In this document: piece after piece, positions 10,394-20,474 of the stretch | Numbering within the stretch: the first letter of the stretch is position 1 | Layout: each line of letters starts with the position of its first letter | Notes under the pieces: generated by a model | What the model was told of the DNA's origin: nothing | Databases searched by the model: none | What the model saw: only the letters and a program-made list of their open reading frames with translations | Position numbers and translations under genes: made by a program | Assembly (NCBI GenBank): GCA_965217895.1 | Contig: CBDCJV010000002.1 | Span: 1,376,001 to 1,440,000, forward strand | Reading direction: 5' to 3' | DNA from: Waterburya sp. | Lineage (GTDB): Bacteria > Cyanobacteriota > Cyanobacteriia > Cyanobacteriales > Xenococcaceae | DNA length: 64,000 bases

Positions 10394-10497
10394 GGGCGTG
10401 TCATCAACATGGCGATTGCACAAGCTGCTTGCGAAGCAGCGTGCCTCGCCATCAATTAGAGAAAAAAGCATTCTTCCCTCAAAATGATGACACGCCC
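10394..10497. mobile_element. Short MITE, possibly IS5-family derived
   Basis: Perfect inverted repeats (TTA)GGGCGTGTCATCA...TGATGACACGCCC(TAA) at 10391-10406 and 10485-10500; TA on both flanks. Confidence 0.7.
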
Positions 10498-10612
10498 TAA
10501 ACTACATCTAAAAATCTTGAATTTGGCAGAGTCAAGCAAATATACATTTGCTCTCTAACTTTGTCCCTCTTTCAGATAAGATTAGAATTGCTGCTTTAAA
10601 TTGAACGAGTCG

Positions 10613-10855
10613 CAGATTACTCCGCCACGTCCCGCATGAAGCTGTTCCTAAACGGAACAGCACGGGGACTTCTAAACGGACGAAGCGAAGGTCAGCATTC
10701 CCTTGCGCCTGACGGCGACGCGGTGAAGCAGTTGCGGTGGACGGGTTTCCAAGGGGCTGTCTGCCGAACCTGCGTCGGCAGTTTATAAGCCCCGTCGGCA
10801 TAAGCAAACTGCTGAACCCTTTAGGGGGTCTGACCTCAGCTGTGACCGTTGGTCA
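10613..10855. repeat. Nested stack of short dispersed hairpin repeats
   Basis: Outer ends match the 48-nt element at 57927-57974. Inner blocks (GGCATAAGCAAACTGCTGAACCCTTTAGGGGGT; CTTGCGCCTGACGGCGACGCGGTGAAGCAGTTGCGGTGG) are reverse complements of blocks at about 3060-3093 and 3152-3190. Confidence 0.85.
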
Positions 10856-11012
10856 GCCAGCAGAAGTTTCGTCTGTAATGGCAACAGATGTTGGGAGTAT
10901 CCCCTTTCTTGTTTGAAGCCAACATTTGCTTAGGAAATAGACTTGCAAAGTTTGCCTAATATAATGTTTTGTTTATTTTTGTTAAAACGGGTTAATGAGT
11001 GAGAAAAAATTG

Positions 11013-11261
11013 ATGAATCAAGAAATTTTTGAAAAGGTAAAAAATATAGTAGTTGAGCAATTAGAAGTTGAAGCAGACAGAGTTACGCCTGAAGCTAGCT
11101 TCGCCAATGATTTGGGCGCAGATTCTTTAGATACCGTAGAATTAGTTATGGCTTTAGAAGAAGAATTTGATATTGAAATTCCTGATGAAGCAGCAGAACA
11201 GATAGATACAGTGGGAAAAGCAGTAGAACATATAAGTTCTGAAACTGGAGCAGCTGCTTAG
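11013..11261 (+). CDS. acpP: Acyl carrier protein
   Basis: [12 protein letters not shown] phosphopantetheine motif; alternative start at 10995. Confidence 0.97.
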   Translation: MNQEIFEKVKNIVVEQLEVEADRVTPEASFANDLGADSLDTVELVMALEEEFDIEIPDEAAEQIDTVGKAVEHISSETGAAA

Positions 11262-11343
11262 TTTAATCCATTCCGTTGGTCAAAATGCCAAAAGCAGCCT
11301 CAAACAAATACTGACTAAAGAAAAGTGTTTTAGAGAGCAAATT

Positions 11344-12594
11344 ATGACAAATAGGCAAAAAAAACGAGTTGTAATTACAGGCTTGGGAGCTATTACCCCG
11401 ATTGGTAATAGCTTAGCAGAATACTGGGCTGGTCTATTACAGAGTCGTAATGGAGTAGGTGCAGTAACTTTGTTTGATGCCTCGCAACACGCCTGTCAAT
11501 TTGGTGCTGAGGTTAAAGATTTTGATCCCTGTCAATATCTGGATAAAAAAGAAGCCAAACGGATGGATCGCTTTGCTCAATTTGGAGTTTGTGCTAGCAA
11601 ACAGGCGATCGCCGACGCTAATTTTGAAATTAACGATTTAAACGCCGATCAAGTTGGAGTTCTAATTGGCACAGGGGTAGGTGGTTTGCAGGTGATGGAA
11701 GATCAAAAGGAAAACTTACTGACCAAAGGACCAAGAAAAGTTAGCCCTTTCACTATCCCCATGATGATCTCCAATATGGCTGCGGGGTTAACGGCAATTC
11801 ATACGGGAGCAAAGGGTCCAAATTCCTGTACTGTAACCGCCTGTGCTGCTGGCTCTCATGCCATTGGCGATGCTTTTCGGCTCATTCAGGGAGGCTATGC
11901 AGTAGCCATGATCTGTGGTGGTGCAGAAGCAGCAATAACGCCCCTTTCTTATGCTGGATTTTGTTCTGCTAAAGCTCTTTCTACACGCAATGATGACCCG
12001 ACCCGCGCTAGTCGACCTTTCGATCGCGATCGCGATGGTTTTGTGATGGGAGAAGGTTCGGGCATTCTCTTTCTAGAAGAATTAGAACACGCCCTTGCTC
12101 GTGGCGCAAAAATATACGCTGAGATTGTCGGTTATGGGATGACCTGTGATGCTTACCATATGACCTCTCCTGTACCAGGAGGACAAGGAGCAGCCAAAGC
12201 AATTGAATTAGCACTGACGGATGGAGAATTGACTCCAGAGCAGGTAGACTATATTAACGCTCACGGTACCAGCACTTCCGCCAATGATTCTAATGAAACT
12301 AGCGCGATCAAAAAAGCACTAGGGACAAGAGCCAAACAAATTCCAGTAAGCTCAACTAAATCAATGACTGGTCACTTGTTAGGAGGATCGGGAGGAATTG
12401 AAGCGGTAGCGGTGGCAATGGCGATCGCTAATGACAAAGTGCCACCAACAATTAATCTGGTTAACCCAGATCCTGATTGCGATTTAGATTATGTACCTAA
12501 TATCAGTCGCGATCGCCAAGTAAATGTGGCCTTATCAAATTCTTTTGGTTTTGGCGGTCATAATGTTACTCTAGCTTTTAAAAAATATAGCTAA
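11344..12594 (+). CDS. fabF: Beta-ketoacyl-ACP synthase II
   Basis: TACAAG, NAHGTST, GHLLG and SNSFGFGGHN; follows acpP. Confidence 0.97.
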   Translation: MTNRQKKRVVITGLGAITPIGNSLAEYWAGLLQSRNGVGAVTLFDASQHACQFGAEVKDFDPCQYLDKKEAKRMDRFAQFGVCASKQAIADANFEINDLNADQVGVLIGTGVGGLQVMEDQKENLLTKGPRKVSPFTIPMMISNMAAGLTAIHTGAKGPNSCTVTACAAGSHAIGDAFRLIQGGYAVAMICGGAEAAITPLSYAGFCSAKALSTRNDDPTRASRPFDRDRDGFVMGEGSGILFLEELEHALARGAKIYAEIVGYGMTCDAYHMTSPVPGGQGAAKAIELALTDGELTPEQVDYINAHGTSTSANDSNETSAIKKALGTRAKQIPVSSTKSMTGHLLGGSGGIEAVAVAMAIANDKVPPTINLVNPDPDCDLDYVPNISRDRQVNVALSNSFGFGGHNVTLAFKKYS

Positions 12595-12882
12595 TTTCTT
12601 CAATTTGATGTTTGATACAGATAAGAAAATTATTTTACCTGAATTTACAGTTTTATAGCTGCTTATATTTTGTCAGCAAGACACAATCCAATAGTTAATT
12701 ACAGCAGAATTATTTGTCTGATTAATAATACTTTAACTTGCGACCCGTTCCTTTAGGATGGGAAGATAAGAAAAAGACTTGAGACAGATTTTTAGGATCA
12801 AGTTTAAAAAACCAAAGCTCCTTTCTAGGTGCATTGAGAAAGCTCAAATTTTGTTTTATCGTCGTTTATTTATATAACAAAT

Positions 12883-14916
12883 ATGGTAGTTGCCACCCAA
12901 TCAACATCAACTAAGTCAGTTGAAGAACTTTGTATTAATTCAATTCGGTTTTTAGCAGTAGATGCCATAGAAAAATCTCAGTCTGGACATCCAGGACTAC
13001 CTATGGGTGCTGCTCCTATGGCTTTCGTAATGTGGGATAAGTTTATGCGCTTCAATCCCAAAAACCCTAAGTGGTTTAATCGCGATCGCTTTGTTCTCTC
13101 TGCCGGTCACGGTTCAATGTTGCAGTATGCCTTGATGTATCTGGTAGGTTTTGATAGCGTCAGCATTGAAGACATTAAACAATTCCGTCAATGGGGTTCT
13201 AGTACTCCAGGACACCCCGAAAACTTTGTCACTGAAGGGATTGAAGTAACTACTGGACCTCTTGGTCAAGGTATTGCTAATGGTGTAGGTTTAGCAGTAG
13301 CAGAAGCTCATCTAGCAGCTAAGTTCAACAAAAGCGATGCTAAACTTGTTGACCATTACACTTACGTAATTCTTGGTGACGGCTGCAACATGGAAGGAAT
13401 TTCTGGTGAAGCCTGTTCCTTTGCTGGACACCAAGGACTAGGTAAATTAATCGCTCTTTATGACGATAATCATATTTCCATTGACGGTTCAACTGAGGTG
13501 GCATTTACCGAAGACGTTTCCAAACGCTTTGAAGCTTACGGTTGGCACGTACTCCATGTAGAAAATGGTAACACTGACCTAGACGCGATCGCTCTTGCCA
13601 TCAAAGAGGCTAAGTCAGTCACTGACAAACCCACCATGATTAAAGTAACAACCACTATCGGTTATGGTGCGCCCAATAAGCAAAACACTGGCGGTATTCA
13701 TGGCTCTGCTTTAGGAGGCGACGAAATCAAGCTTACCCGCGAAAACCTAGGCTGGAATTATGAACCTTTTGAAATTCCTGAAGATGCCTTAAGCCATATG
13801 CGTAAAGCAGTTGAGCGCGGTGCTAGCCAAGAAGAAGAATGGAATCAGGTATTGGCTGACTATAAATCTAAATATGCAGAAGAAGCAGCAGAATTTGAGC
13901 GTTTCTTGAGCGGTAAACTACCTGATGGTTGGGCTGACGTATTACCTACATATACTCCTGAAGACAAAGCACTAGCAACTCGTAAACATTCTGAGACTTG
14001 CCTAAACAAGCTAGCTCCCGTGCTTACCGAACTAATTGGCGGTTCTGCGGATTTAACTCATTCTAACCTGACAGAATTAAAAGACTCTGGTGACTTTCAA
14101 AAAGGTGCGTATCAAAACCGTAACATCCACTTTGGTGTCCGCGAACACGGCATGGGCGCAATTTGCAACGGTATGTCTTTACATGGTTCTGGATTAATTC
14201 CTTACGGTGCAACTTTCCTTATCTTCACCGACTATATGCGTGCTGCAATTCGCTTATCTGCTCTATCAGAAGCAGGGGTGATTTGGGTAATGACTCACGA
14301 CTCCATTGGACAGGGGGAAGACGGCCCTACTCACCAGCCTATTGAAACCATAGCCTCCTTGAGAGCCATTCCTAACTTAACTGTAATCCGTCCTGCGGAT
14401 GGAAACGAAGTTTCTGGTGCATACAAGGTTGCTATTGAAAATGCCAAGCAACATAAACCAACTTTGATGGCATTTTCTCGTCAAAGTTTGCCCAATCTTG
14501 AAGGCACTTCCATGGAAGATACCACTAAAGGTGCTTATGTCTATGCTTGTGGCTTTGCCCCTGAAGAACTTGACCTGATCTTGATTGGTACTGGTAGCGA
14601 ACTACAGCTTTGTGCTGGTGCTGCCGAGAAGCTCAAAGCCGAAGGTAAGAAAGTTCGTGTAGTTTCTATGCCTTCTTGGGAACTGTTTGAAGCTCAAGAT
14701 GAAGCTTACAAAGACTCTGTACTACCTAAAGTTGCTGGCAAACGCTTGTCCGTTGAAGCTGGAACTAGCTTTGGTTGGCAGAAATATACTGGATTTGAAG
14801 GTGGCTCAGTCAGCATTGAACGTTTTGGTGCTTCTGCTCCTGGCGCGGTATGTCTAGAAAAATTTGGCTTTAGCGTTGATAACGTAGTGGCTAAAGCCAA
14901 AGAAGTAATTGGTTAG
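12883..14916 (+). CDS. tkt: Transketolase
   Basis: [13 protein letters not shown] (TPP motif) and [16 protein letters not shown]. Confidence 0.97.
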   Translation: MVVATQSTSTKSVEELCINSIRFLAVDAIEKSQSGHPGLPMGAAPMAFVMWDKFMRFNPKNPKWFNRDRFVLSAGHGSMLQYALMYLVGFDSVSIEDIKQFRQWGSSTPGHPENFVTEGIEVTTGPLGQGIANGVGLAVAEAHLAAKFNKSDAKLVDHYTYVILGDGCNMEGISGEACSFAGHQGLGKLIALYDDNHISIDGSTEVAFTEDVSKRFEAYGWHVLHVENGNTDLDAIALAIKEAKSVTDKPTMIKVTTTIGYGAPNKQNTGGIHGSALGGDEIKLTRENLGWNYEPFEIPEDALSHMRKAVERGASQEEEWNQVLADYKSKYAEEAAEFERFLSGKLPDGWADVLPTYTPEDKALATRKHSETCLNKLAPVLTELIGGSADLTHSNLTELKDSGDFQKGAYQNRNIHFGVREHGMGAICNGMSLHGSGLIPYGATFLIFTDYMRAAIRLSALSEAGVIWVMTHDSIGQGEDGPTHQPIETIASLRAIPNLTVIRPADGNEVSGAYKVAIENAKQHKPTLMAFSRQSLPNLEGTSMEDTTKGAYVYACGFAPEELDLILIGTGSELQLCAGAAEKLKAEGKKVRVVSMPSWELFEAQDEAYKDSVLPKVAGKRLSVEAGTSFGWQKYTGFEGGSVSIERFGASAPGAVCLEKFGFSVDNVVAKAKEVIG

Positions 14917-14957
14917 TTAAGTGCGAATTGGAAATAACCTAATAACTTTTATTAACT

Positions 14958-14983
14958 GGCTCTGCCTTATGCAGGGCTTTTTT
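14958..14983 (+). terminator. Intrinsic terminator after tkt
   Basis: GGCTCTGC-CTTAT-GCAGGGC followed by a T6 tract. Confidence 0.7.
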
Positions 14984-15167
14984 AATTTGCTAAAAATACT
15001 ATTCCTTGGTGAAATAACCCCCAAAATCGTTTTATAGTCATTCCAAATAGTAATGCTTCGGTCATAAAACCTCGATTCCAATCAAAAATAGCTGGTGCGC
15101 CTTTAATAGAAGGCGATCGCAATTTGAGACGTGGCGTTTCTATTATCTTTGGTGGTTCCTTTATCAA
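14982..15167 (-). pseudogene. Internally deleted RimJ/RimL-type GNAT acetyltransferase remnant
   Basis: N-terminal IETPRLKLR motif fused almost directly to WNRGFMTEAL (motif A); the intervening core and the C-terminus are missing. Confidence 0.55.
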
Positions 15168-15229
15168 CTTATTATCTCAAGAGCGATCGCCCGTGTTAAA
15201 GTCCATATAGTTTGTCTTTACTAAGTAAT

Positions 15230-15583
15230 TTAAACCAATCGAAAGATGAAAGGATAGCGAAAAGCTTTTTCTGGAGTTTGTAAACATTGAGCGACTGCCC
15301 AGATTGAAAAGCCCCAATGAACTAGAAGCCATATAGGCCCTAAAATAAAACCTAATAAACCAAGGGTAAAAAAGGACAGGATAGCAATGATGCCTCCCAC
15401 AAGCCACACATTTAGATGAAAGTTAATTGCTTCTTTGGCGTTTTCCCGAACTAAAGCATCTTCAGATACTACCAAAATTGCGATTGGTATCCCTATAGAC
15501 AGTACTAAAGCACTAATAAATACTGAGCCATGAGCCACGGCAGAGAGCAATTTTTGTTTGTCGAAATTAGATTCTGCTTGCAT
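15230..15583 (-). CDS. DUF4870-like membrane protein
   Basis: LSAVAHGS, ENAKEAINF and C-terminal FRYPFIFRL; three TM segments. Confidence 0.8.
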   Translation of the reverse strand: MQAESNFDKQKLLSAVAHGSVFISALVLSIGIPIAILVVSEDALVRENAKEAINFHLNVWLVGGIIAILSFFTLGLLGFILGPIWLLVHWGFSIWAVAQCLQTPEKAFRYPFIFRLV

Positions 15584-15743
15584 TTTTACCCCTAACAGCA
15601 TCTATAATGCTGAAACTTTTTTTAAGACATTTAAATACTATCGTTTGTTCAGTATTTTAAGAAGTAGAAATTACACTAAACAAAATACAAAAAAGCACCC
15701 CGCTAACTGTGGATGCTTGATAATTAATGCTAGTAGAGTTAGT

Positions 15744-15881
15744 TTATTTAAATCCTACTGCTGCTTGCCAAACAAAAGCTAAAAGAAGAAAGAACAGAGG
15801 AATAAGAGGCAGAACATCTACTAGAGGCTTAAACATAGCGTAAGCTTCAGGTAAATCTGCCAATATAATTGCAGCTTCCAT
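15744..15881 (-). CDS. psbK: Photosystem II reaction centre protein K
   Basis: Manual translation [45 protein letters not shown]; too short for the ORF track. Confidence 0.97.
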   Translation of the reverse strand: MEAAIILADLPEAYAMFKPLVDVLPLIPLFFLLLAFVWQAAVGFK

Positions 15882-16052
15882 ATATTTGTATACCTTCCAA
15901 CAATTTTCTTAAAATATTATATTAAAAATAGTATCATAAATATGGCTTCAAGCATTTCGCAAAACCAGGTCGTGGTGATTGACGGTTAGGTCTACCAATA
16001 TTGTTGCTGGTAGTCGCGATCGCTTTGCACCATCTTTTTTTTATGCGTCGAA

Positions 16053-17159
16053 CTAATTTTGATTAAGCTTCCCATTAAGTTTGTCAATAAAAACAGCAAC
16101 TTTATCTGCTTCTTGGGTGTTGCCTGTGCTTTTATATAGCTTTAGAGCTTGATTAAAGGCAGCGATCGCCTCATCGTATCTTTTTCTAGCTTTTAAAGAA
16201 ATGCCTAAATAACGAAATCCAGAAGGGTTATTAGCAGCAATTGTCGTCAAACGTCTAAACTCAGAGGTAGAACGAAGATAATTATGCTTTGCTAAGTAAA
16301 CCTTACCAATGCCTTCAATAGCTTCTGCGGAATTGAGCTTTAGTCGAGATGCTTGTTGATATTCAATTAAAGCTGCGTCGAATTTTTGCTGTTGATACAG
16401 TACGTCTCCTATACGTAAATAAATCGAATGGTCATAAGGGTCATTTTGTTTGGCTATCTTTAATACTTTTAATGCTGATGTAAAGTCATTTTTTTCCAAA
16501 AGAGCGGTAGCCAACTGAATTTGTAAATCAGCTAATTGAGGATATTGCCCAATAGCTTTTTGAATTAAAGAAATAGCTTGGGAAGATTTGTCTTGTTCAA
16601 TTAAAAGGCGAGAGAGAACGCTGTAAGCCTGTTTGTTGTCAGGAGCGATCGCTAAAATATGATTATAAGTTTCAACTGCTTGATCGTATTCTTTTTCTCG
16701 TAGTAAGACCACTCCCAAACCAAGATGGTTTTGAATGTTGTCTGGCTCTAGTTCAATAGCTTTTTCATAGGCTACTGCTGCTTCAGCGTTTTCTCCTGCA
16801 TTACCCAGGCAAAAACCTAGAGCATAGTAAAGTTTGGGATCGTTAGGAGATAGAGCGATCGCCTGTTGATAAGCTTTTGCTGCTGCATCATATTCTGCTC
16901 TCAGAGTCTGCACATAACCAATGCCAGAAAAAATTTGCGAATTTTGCCGATCTAAACTAGCTGCTTTCTCGTAAGTTTTTAAAGCCCGATCGTAATCTTG
17001 TTTCTCTACATACTGTTTACCCTTGAGCAATAAGTTATTAAGCTCTAGATAATTTGCTTGAGCGATCGCCTGCTCGGAATTAGCCTTGGTTGCCGTGGGC
17101 AGTAGAAGAAGTCCTACTATAAAAGCAGAGCAAGTAAAGTTCGCAAGTTTATACGACAT
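16053..17159 (-). CDS. Exported tetratricopeptide-repeat protein
   Basis: Signal peptide and repeated TPR units (YQQAIALSPND, YEKAIELEPDN). Confidence 0.9.
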   Translation of the reverse strand: MSYKLANFTCSAFIVGLLLLPTATKANSEQAIAQANYLELNNLLLKGKQYVEKQDYDRALKTYEKAASLDRQNSQIFSGIGYVQTLRAEYDAAAKAYQQAIALSPNDPKLYYALGFCLGNAGENAEAAVAYEKAIELEPDNIQNHLGLGVVLLREKEYDQAVETYNHILAIAPDNKQAYSVLSRLLIEQDKSSQAISLIQKAIGQYPQLADLQIQLATALLEKNDFTSALKVLKIAKQNDPYDHSIYLRIGDVLYQQQKFDAALIEYQQASRLKLNSAEAIEGIGKVYLAKHNYLRSTSEFRRLTTIAANNPSGFRYLGISLKARKRYDEAIAAFNQALKLYKSTGNTQEADKVAVFIDKLNGKLNQN

Positions 17160-17286
17160 AGAGTATTAATCGTTTTTCTTCAACAAATATTAAAATTTAC
17201 CATATCCACATAATAGGCAACCAATATATTAACTGCTAACAAGCTCGAATATTATTTTCAGTGGCGTTGTCATTTTGTTAAATTAA

Positions 17287-17335
17287 TACTTCTTACTTCT
17301 TACTTCTTACTTCTTACTTCTTACTTCCTACTTAC
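17287..17335. repeat. Heptamer tandem repeat (TACTTCT)n, STRR-like
   Basis: About six direct copies visible. Confidence 0.9.
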
Positions 17336-17430
17336 AAACCAATAGTTTTTGTTGTATCCTAATTTGATTTTGTACGGCTATATCTCTCATCCCTAAAATA
17401 GCTTGATGCTTCTGCATAAAAGCAGCAAAT

Positions 17431-18132
17431 TTACAATCCTCCAAACCACTCGTATCCCAAATCTTCCCAATATCCTGTAGTCGGCATCAACTGATTTGTT
17501 AGCACGATTTGAGTTACCCATTTACTTTGTTTGTAGCCCAACTTAATTGGGGAAGCCAGACGCAGAGGCGCACCATTATCAACCGACAAAGGTTGTCCAT
17601 TTTTCTGATATGCCATCAGCGTTTGAGGATGTGTTGCCGAGGCTAAATCCCAGCTTTCGTAGTAACCATCGGCAGATTTAAAATAAACATAACGGGCATT
17701 TGATTTAGGTTGAGCCAATCGAAGCAATTCGTATAGTCGCACTCCGCCCCATTGGACGATCGCTGCCCAGCCTTCGACACACACGTGCTGAATCACCATT
17801 GACGTTAGCGGTAGTGCCTGAAGATCTGTCAAACTTAGCTGCATCGGGTGATTAACTTCGCCTTCAATCTGTAGGCGATATTTTGCAGGATCGATTTGTG
17901 GTGTTTGATCGAAGGTGTTGATTAGAAGTTTATCAGGCTCGATCGCGTTAACTGGAAATTCAGGGACGGCTTTCTGGGTCAGAAACAAGGCTTGCGATGC
18001 TTGATTGAGTGGCTCAAAAGCCTGCCCGACTTCACTCGATCCCAAACTCGAACCACAGCTATTAAGCAGTAAAGTGGCAGTGGATAATCCAGACCACTGC
18101 AACAGTTGACGACGAGAAATAAATTTAGACAT
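17431..18132 (-). CDS. Tat-exported molybdopterin-dependent oxidoreductase (sulfite oxidase fold, MsrP/YuiH-like)
   Basis: SRRQLL twin-arginine signal with lipobox-like LNSC; Mo-ligand HVCVEGW; NGAPLRL and GYKQSKW. Confidence 0.88.
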   Translation of the reverse strand: MSKFISRRQLLQWSGLSTATLLLNSCGSSLGSSEVGQAFEPLNQASQALFLTQKAVPEFPVNAIEPDKLLINTFDQTPQIDPAKYRLQIEGEVNHPMQLSLTDLQALPLTSMVIQHVCVEGWAAIVQWGGVRLYELLRLAQPKSNARYVYFKSADGYYESWDLASATHPQTLMAYQKNGQPLSVDNGAPLRLASPIKLGYKQSKWVTQIVLTNQLMPTTGYWEDLGYEWFGGL

Positions 18133-18157
18133 TTTTCTAAAAAATAAATAATTATCC

Positions 18158-18766
18158 TCAAATAAACATAGATTTTATGAGGCGAACACTACCAACTCTT
18201 AAAGCCAACAATGAGTGAACGAATGTAAATAAGATAACAATAGGAACGGCAAGAAAATGAATGGTACGAAGCGTCTGCCAATTGACAAATAAGCTGGATA
18301 ACCAATGAAATGAAGCGGGTTTATACATTGCTAAACCAGACGCGATCGACAAGAGTAAAACGGGCAGAATGGCTGTATAAATCAATCGATGGAGTGCGTA
18401 ATTTTTGCGCTTGGGATTCTGGCTGACTCGCAATGCCTTAAGATCTCCTTCGCTGACATATCGTTTCTGCCAACGGCGGGAAATAAATACATAAAGTCCA
18501 TACCACAGCAGATTCAGGGCATAAAACCACATCGCCGTAAAATGCCAATGCCGTCCCCCTGCTAACCATCCACCTAGAGTTAAGAAACTGGGAAAATTCC
18601 ACCCAGCCCGCCCGCCAAACACTGGATTGGCGTTGTAAATTTGCAATCCACTAAAAAGCATTACAAACAGGCTAATCAAATTTGTCCAGTGAAAGATTTT
18701 TGACAAAAGAGACTGAGACGGAAACGGCTTAGATTTTCGACGTTTGGCGGGCATTGCAGAATTCAT
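18158..18766 (-). CDS. Cytochrome b/b6-domain membrane subunit
   Basis: Four TM helices with heme-ligand His (FHW, HWHF, IHF, VH). Confidence 0.85.
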   Translation of the reverse strand: MNSAMPAKRRKSKPFPSQSLLSKIFHWTNLISLFVMLFSGLQIYNANPVFGGRAGWNFPSFLTLGGWLAGGRHWHFTAMWFYALNLLWYGLYVFISRRWQKRYVSEGDLKALRVSQNPKRKNYALHRLIYTAILPVLLLSIASGLAMYKPASFHWLSSLFVNWQTLRTIHFLAVPIVILFTFVHSLLALRVGSVRLIKSMFI

Positions 18767-18783
18767 AATTAAAGTTCCTCATT

Positions 18784-19476
18784 CTAAATTGAAAATGTCG
18801 GAAAAAATGGAGCTAGCCAAAGCTGAATTTGGACATCCCAACCCAACAGAATTGCGATCGCGCTCACAATTACGATCGCACCTCCAACCTTTTGTAAGGT
18901 TGCACTTTGACGACGCAAACTAAGCAGTCTCTGACTAATTTTACGTCCGCCATAAGAAAGGGCAACAAGCGGTAACGCTGCCCCAAATCCATAAGCCAAT
19001 AATAAACCAAAAGCACTTAACCCTTGATGGTTGACGGCTGCTAGCACTAAAATTCCCCCTAAAACGGGTCCTGCGCAGGGTGTCCACAGCAGTCCCAACT
19101 GAGTTCCTAACCAAAATTCTCCCCACAGTCCAATTCGAGGACGTTCTTTAGTCCACTGCTGGATTGGCAAGTAGCTGAACAATTTATAACTCAAGCGGGG
19201 AAATAACGCCAGGATGCCCAAGATTAGAAGAATTGCGATCGCGCCATACCTTAGAAAATTAGCGAATCCACTAAACCAGCTTGCACTAATGCCTAATAAA
19301 CTTCCCGCAACTGCAAAGCCACTGACTAAGCCAGCGACGAGGGCAACTGGACCATAGCGATGAGACTGGAGCGATCGACCCAACAATATTGGCAAAATCG
19401 GCAACACACAAGGAGATAAAACCGTCACAATTCCAGCGAGAATCGCAATTTGAAAAGAAAGGGTAGATGTATTCAT
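18784..19476 (-). CDS. CcdA/DsbD-type transmembrane thiol-disulfide electron transporter
   Basis: SPCVLP and WTPCAGP cysteine motifs. Confidence 0.9.
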   Translation of the reverse strand: MNTSTLSFQIAILAGIVTVLSPCVLPILPILLGRSLQSHRYGPVALVAGLVSGFAVAGSLLGISASWFSGFANFLRYGAIAILLILGILALFPRLSYKLFSYLPIQQWTKERPRIGLWGEFWLGTQLGLLWTPCAGPVLGGILVLAAVNHQGLSAFGLLLAYGFGAALPLVALSYGGRKISQRLLSLRRQSATLQKVGGAIVIVSAIAILLGWDVQIQLWLAPFFPTFSI

Positions 19477-19512
19477 GACAGAAGAAAAGAAACGCAGGTG
19501 CAAATTGTCAAC

Positions 19513-20124
19513 TTAGGTTTCTTTCAATAGCTGCTGAATGGTCTGCTCAGTCGTATCATAAGCTCCTTCTCCAATATGGTCATATCGCATCAAGCCCCGT
19601 CGATCTGCCAAAAACAGATGAGGCCAATATTCATTGCTGTAAGCGTTCCACGTTTTGTATTCGTTGTCGATTGGCACAGGATAAGTAATTTGATGCTGTT
19701 TTAAGGCGCGTTTGACGTTATTTGGCTCACGCTCAAAGGCAAATTCTGGGGTATGAATGCCAACCACTCTTAGTCCTTGCACTGCATACTGGCGATGCCA
19801 TTTGACAATATAAGGCAGGGTGCGCTGACAATTGATGCAGGCAAACGTCCAAAATTGAATTAAGACAACATTGCCTTGGAGATCGGCGATCGCCAGAGGA
19901 GCTGAGTTTAACCACTGCTGAATACCCTGAAAATCTGGGATTGGTTTTCCAACAGCAGCCAGGATACTGGTTTCAGGTTTAGTCGCAGCAGGAATTGGTA
20001 GAGTCGTTACTGTAGAATTATTTTGCTGCCTACCTGCCCCAAGAGCAGCCGTTACGCCTGCTCCAACTACACCCAGACCCAGATAGAATAAAATTTGACG
20101 ACGCTGAAGAGAAAATCTGTCCAT
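19513..20124 (-). CDS. Exported thioredoxin-like protein (DipZ-type)
   Basis: RRQIL Tat-like signal; FWTFACINC; HTPEF; HIGEGAY. Confidence 0.88.
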   Translation of the reverse strand: MDRFSLQRRQILFYLGLGVVGAGVTAALGAGRQQNNSTVTTLPIPAATKPETSILAAVGKPIPDFQGIQQWLNSAPLAIADLQGNVVLIQFWTFACINCQRTLPYIVKWHRQYAVQGLRVVGIHTPEFAFEREPNNVKRALKQHQITYPVPIDNEYKTWNAYSNEYWPHLFLADRRGLMRYDHIGEGAYDTTEQTIQQLLKET

Positions 20125-20474
20125 AAAAGTTTCACGAAATAAAGTACAAATCGACTATTTGCACAATTGCCAACTGATTTGGTTTGTTCACCTAATTTAA
20201 GTATGCTGAGTGCGAATGAAACTTATCTGAATTAACTCTATAAATTTCCTAAATCTATGTATTTCAAAGTCTTATCTAAAACTCAGCGTTTTCTTAGGTA
20301 ACTGTACTTGCAACTTAACGATCTTGCCGTTGTGGTCTTGTTGCCAAAAAAAAGAAGCTTGTGCGTAGTAAAAATCTTACTGTTCACAGCTTTTTAACGG
20401 GTAGACAGCCGAGCTAAAGTTATCCCTGTAGATGTTTATCGGTGATAAGTCAAAGAATTTTAGATTATCTAATA

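Noticed and set aside
10532..10807. 91-aa minus-strand ORF
   Set aside because: It lies across the nested repeat stack; most likely a chance open frame.
10570..10880. Possible hammerhead ribozyme (GACGAAAC and CTGA..GAG on the minus strand)
   Set aside because: The core is CTGAAAGA, not CUGANGA, and the three stems cannot be assembled.
17287..17335. Tandem repeats here and at 27080, 43074 and 43885 considered as CRISPR arrays
   Set aside because: They are 7-9-nt units without unique spacers, ordinary cyanobacterial short tandem repeats; no cas operon is present.
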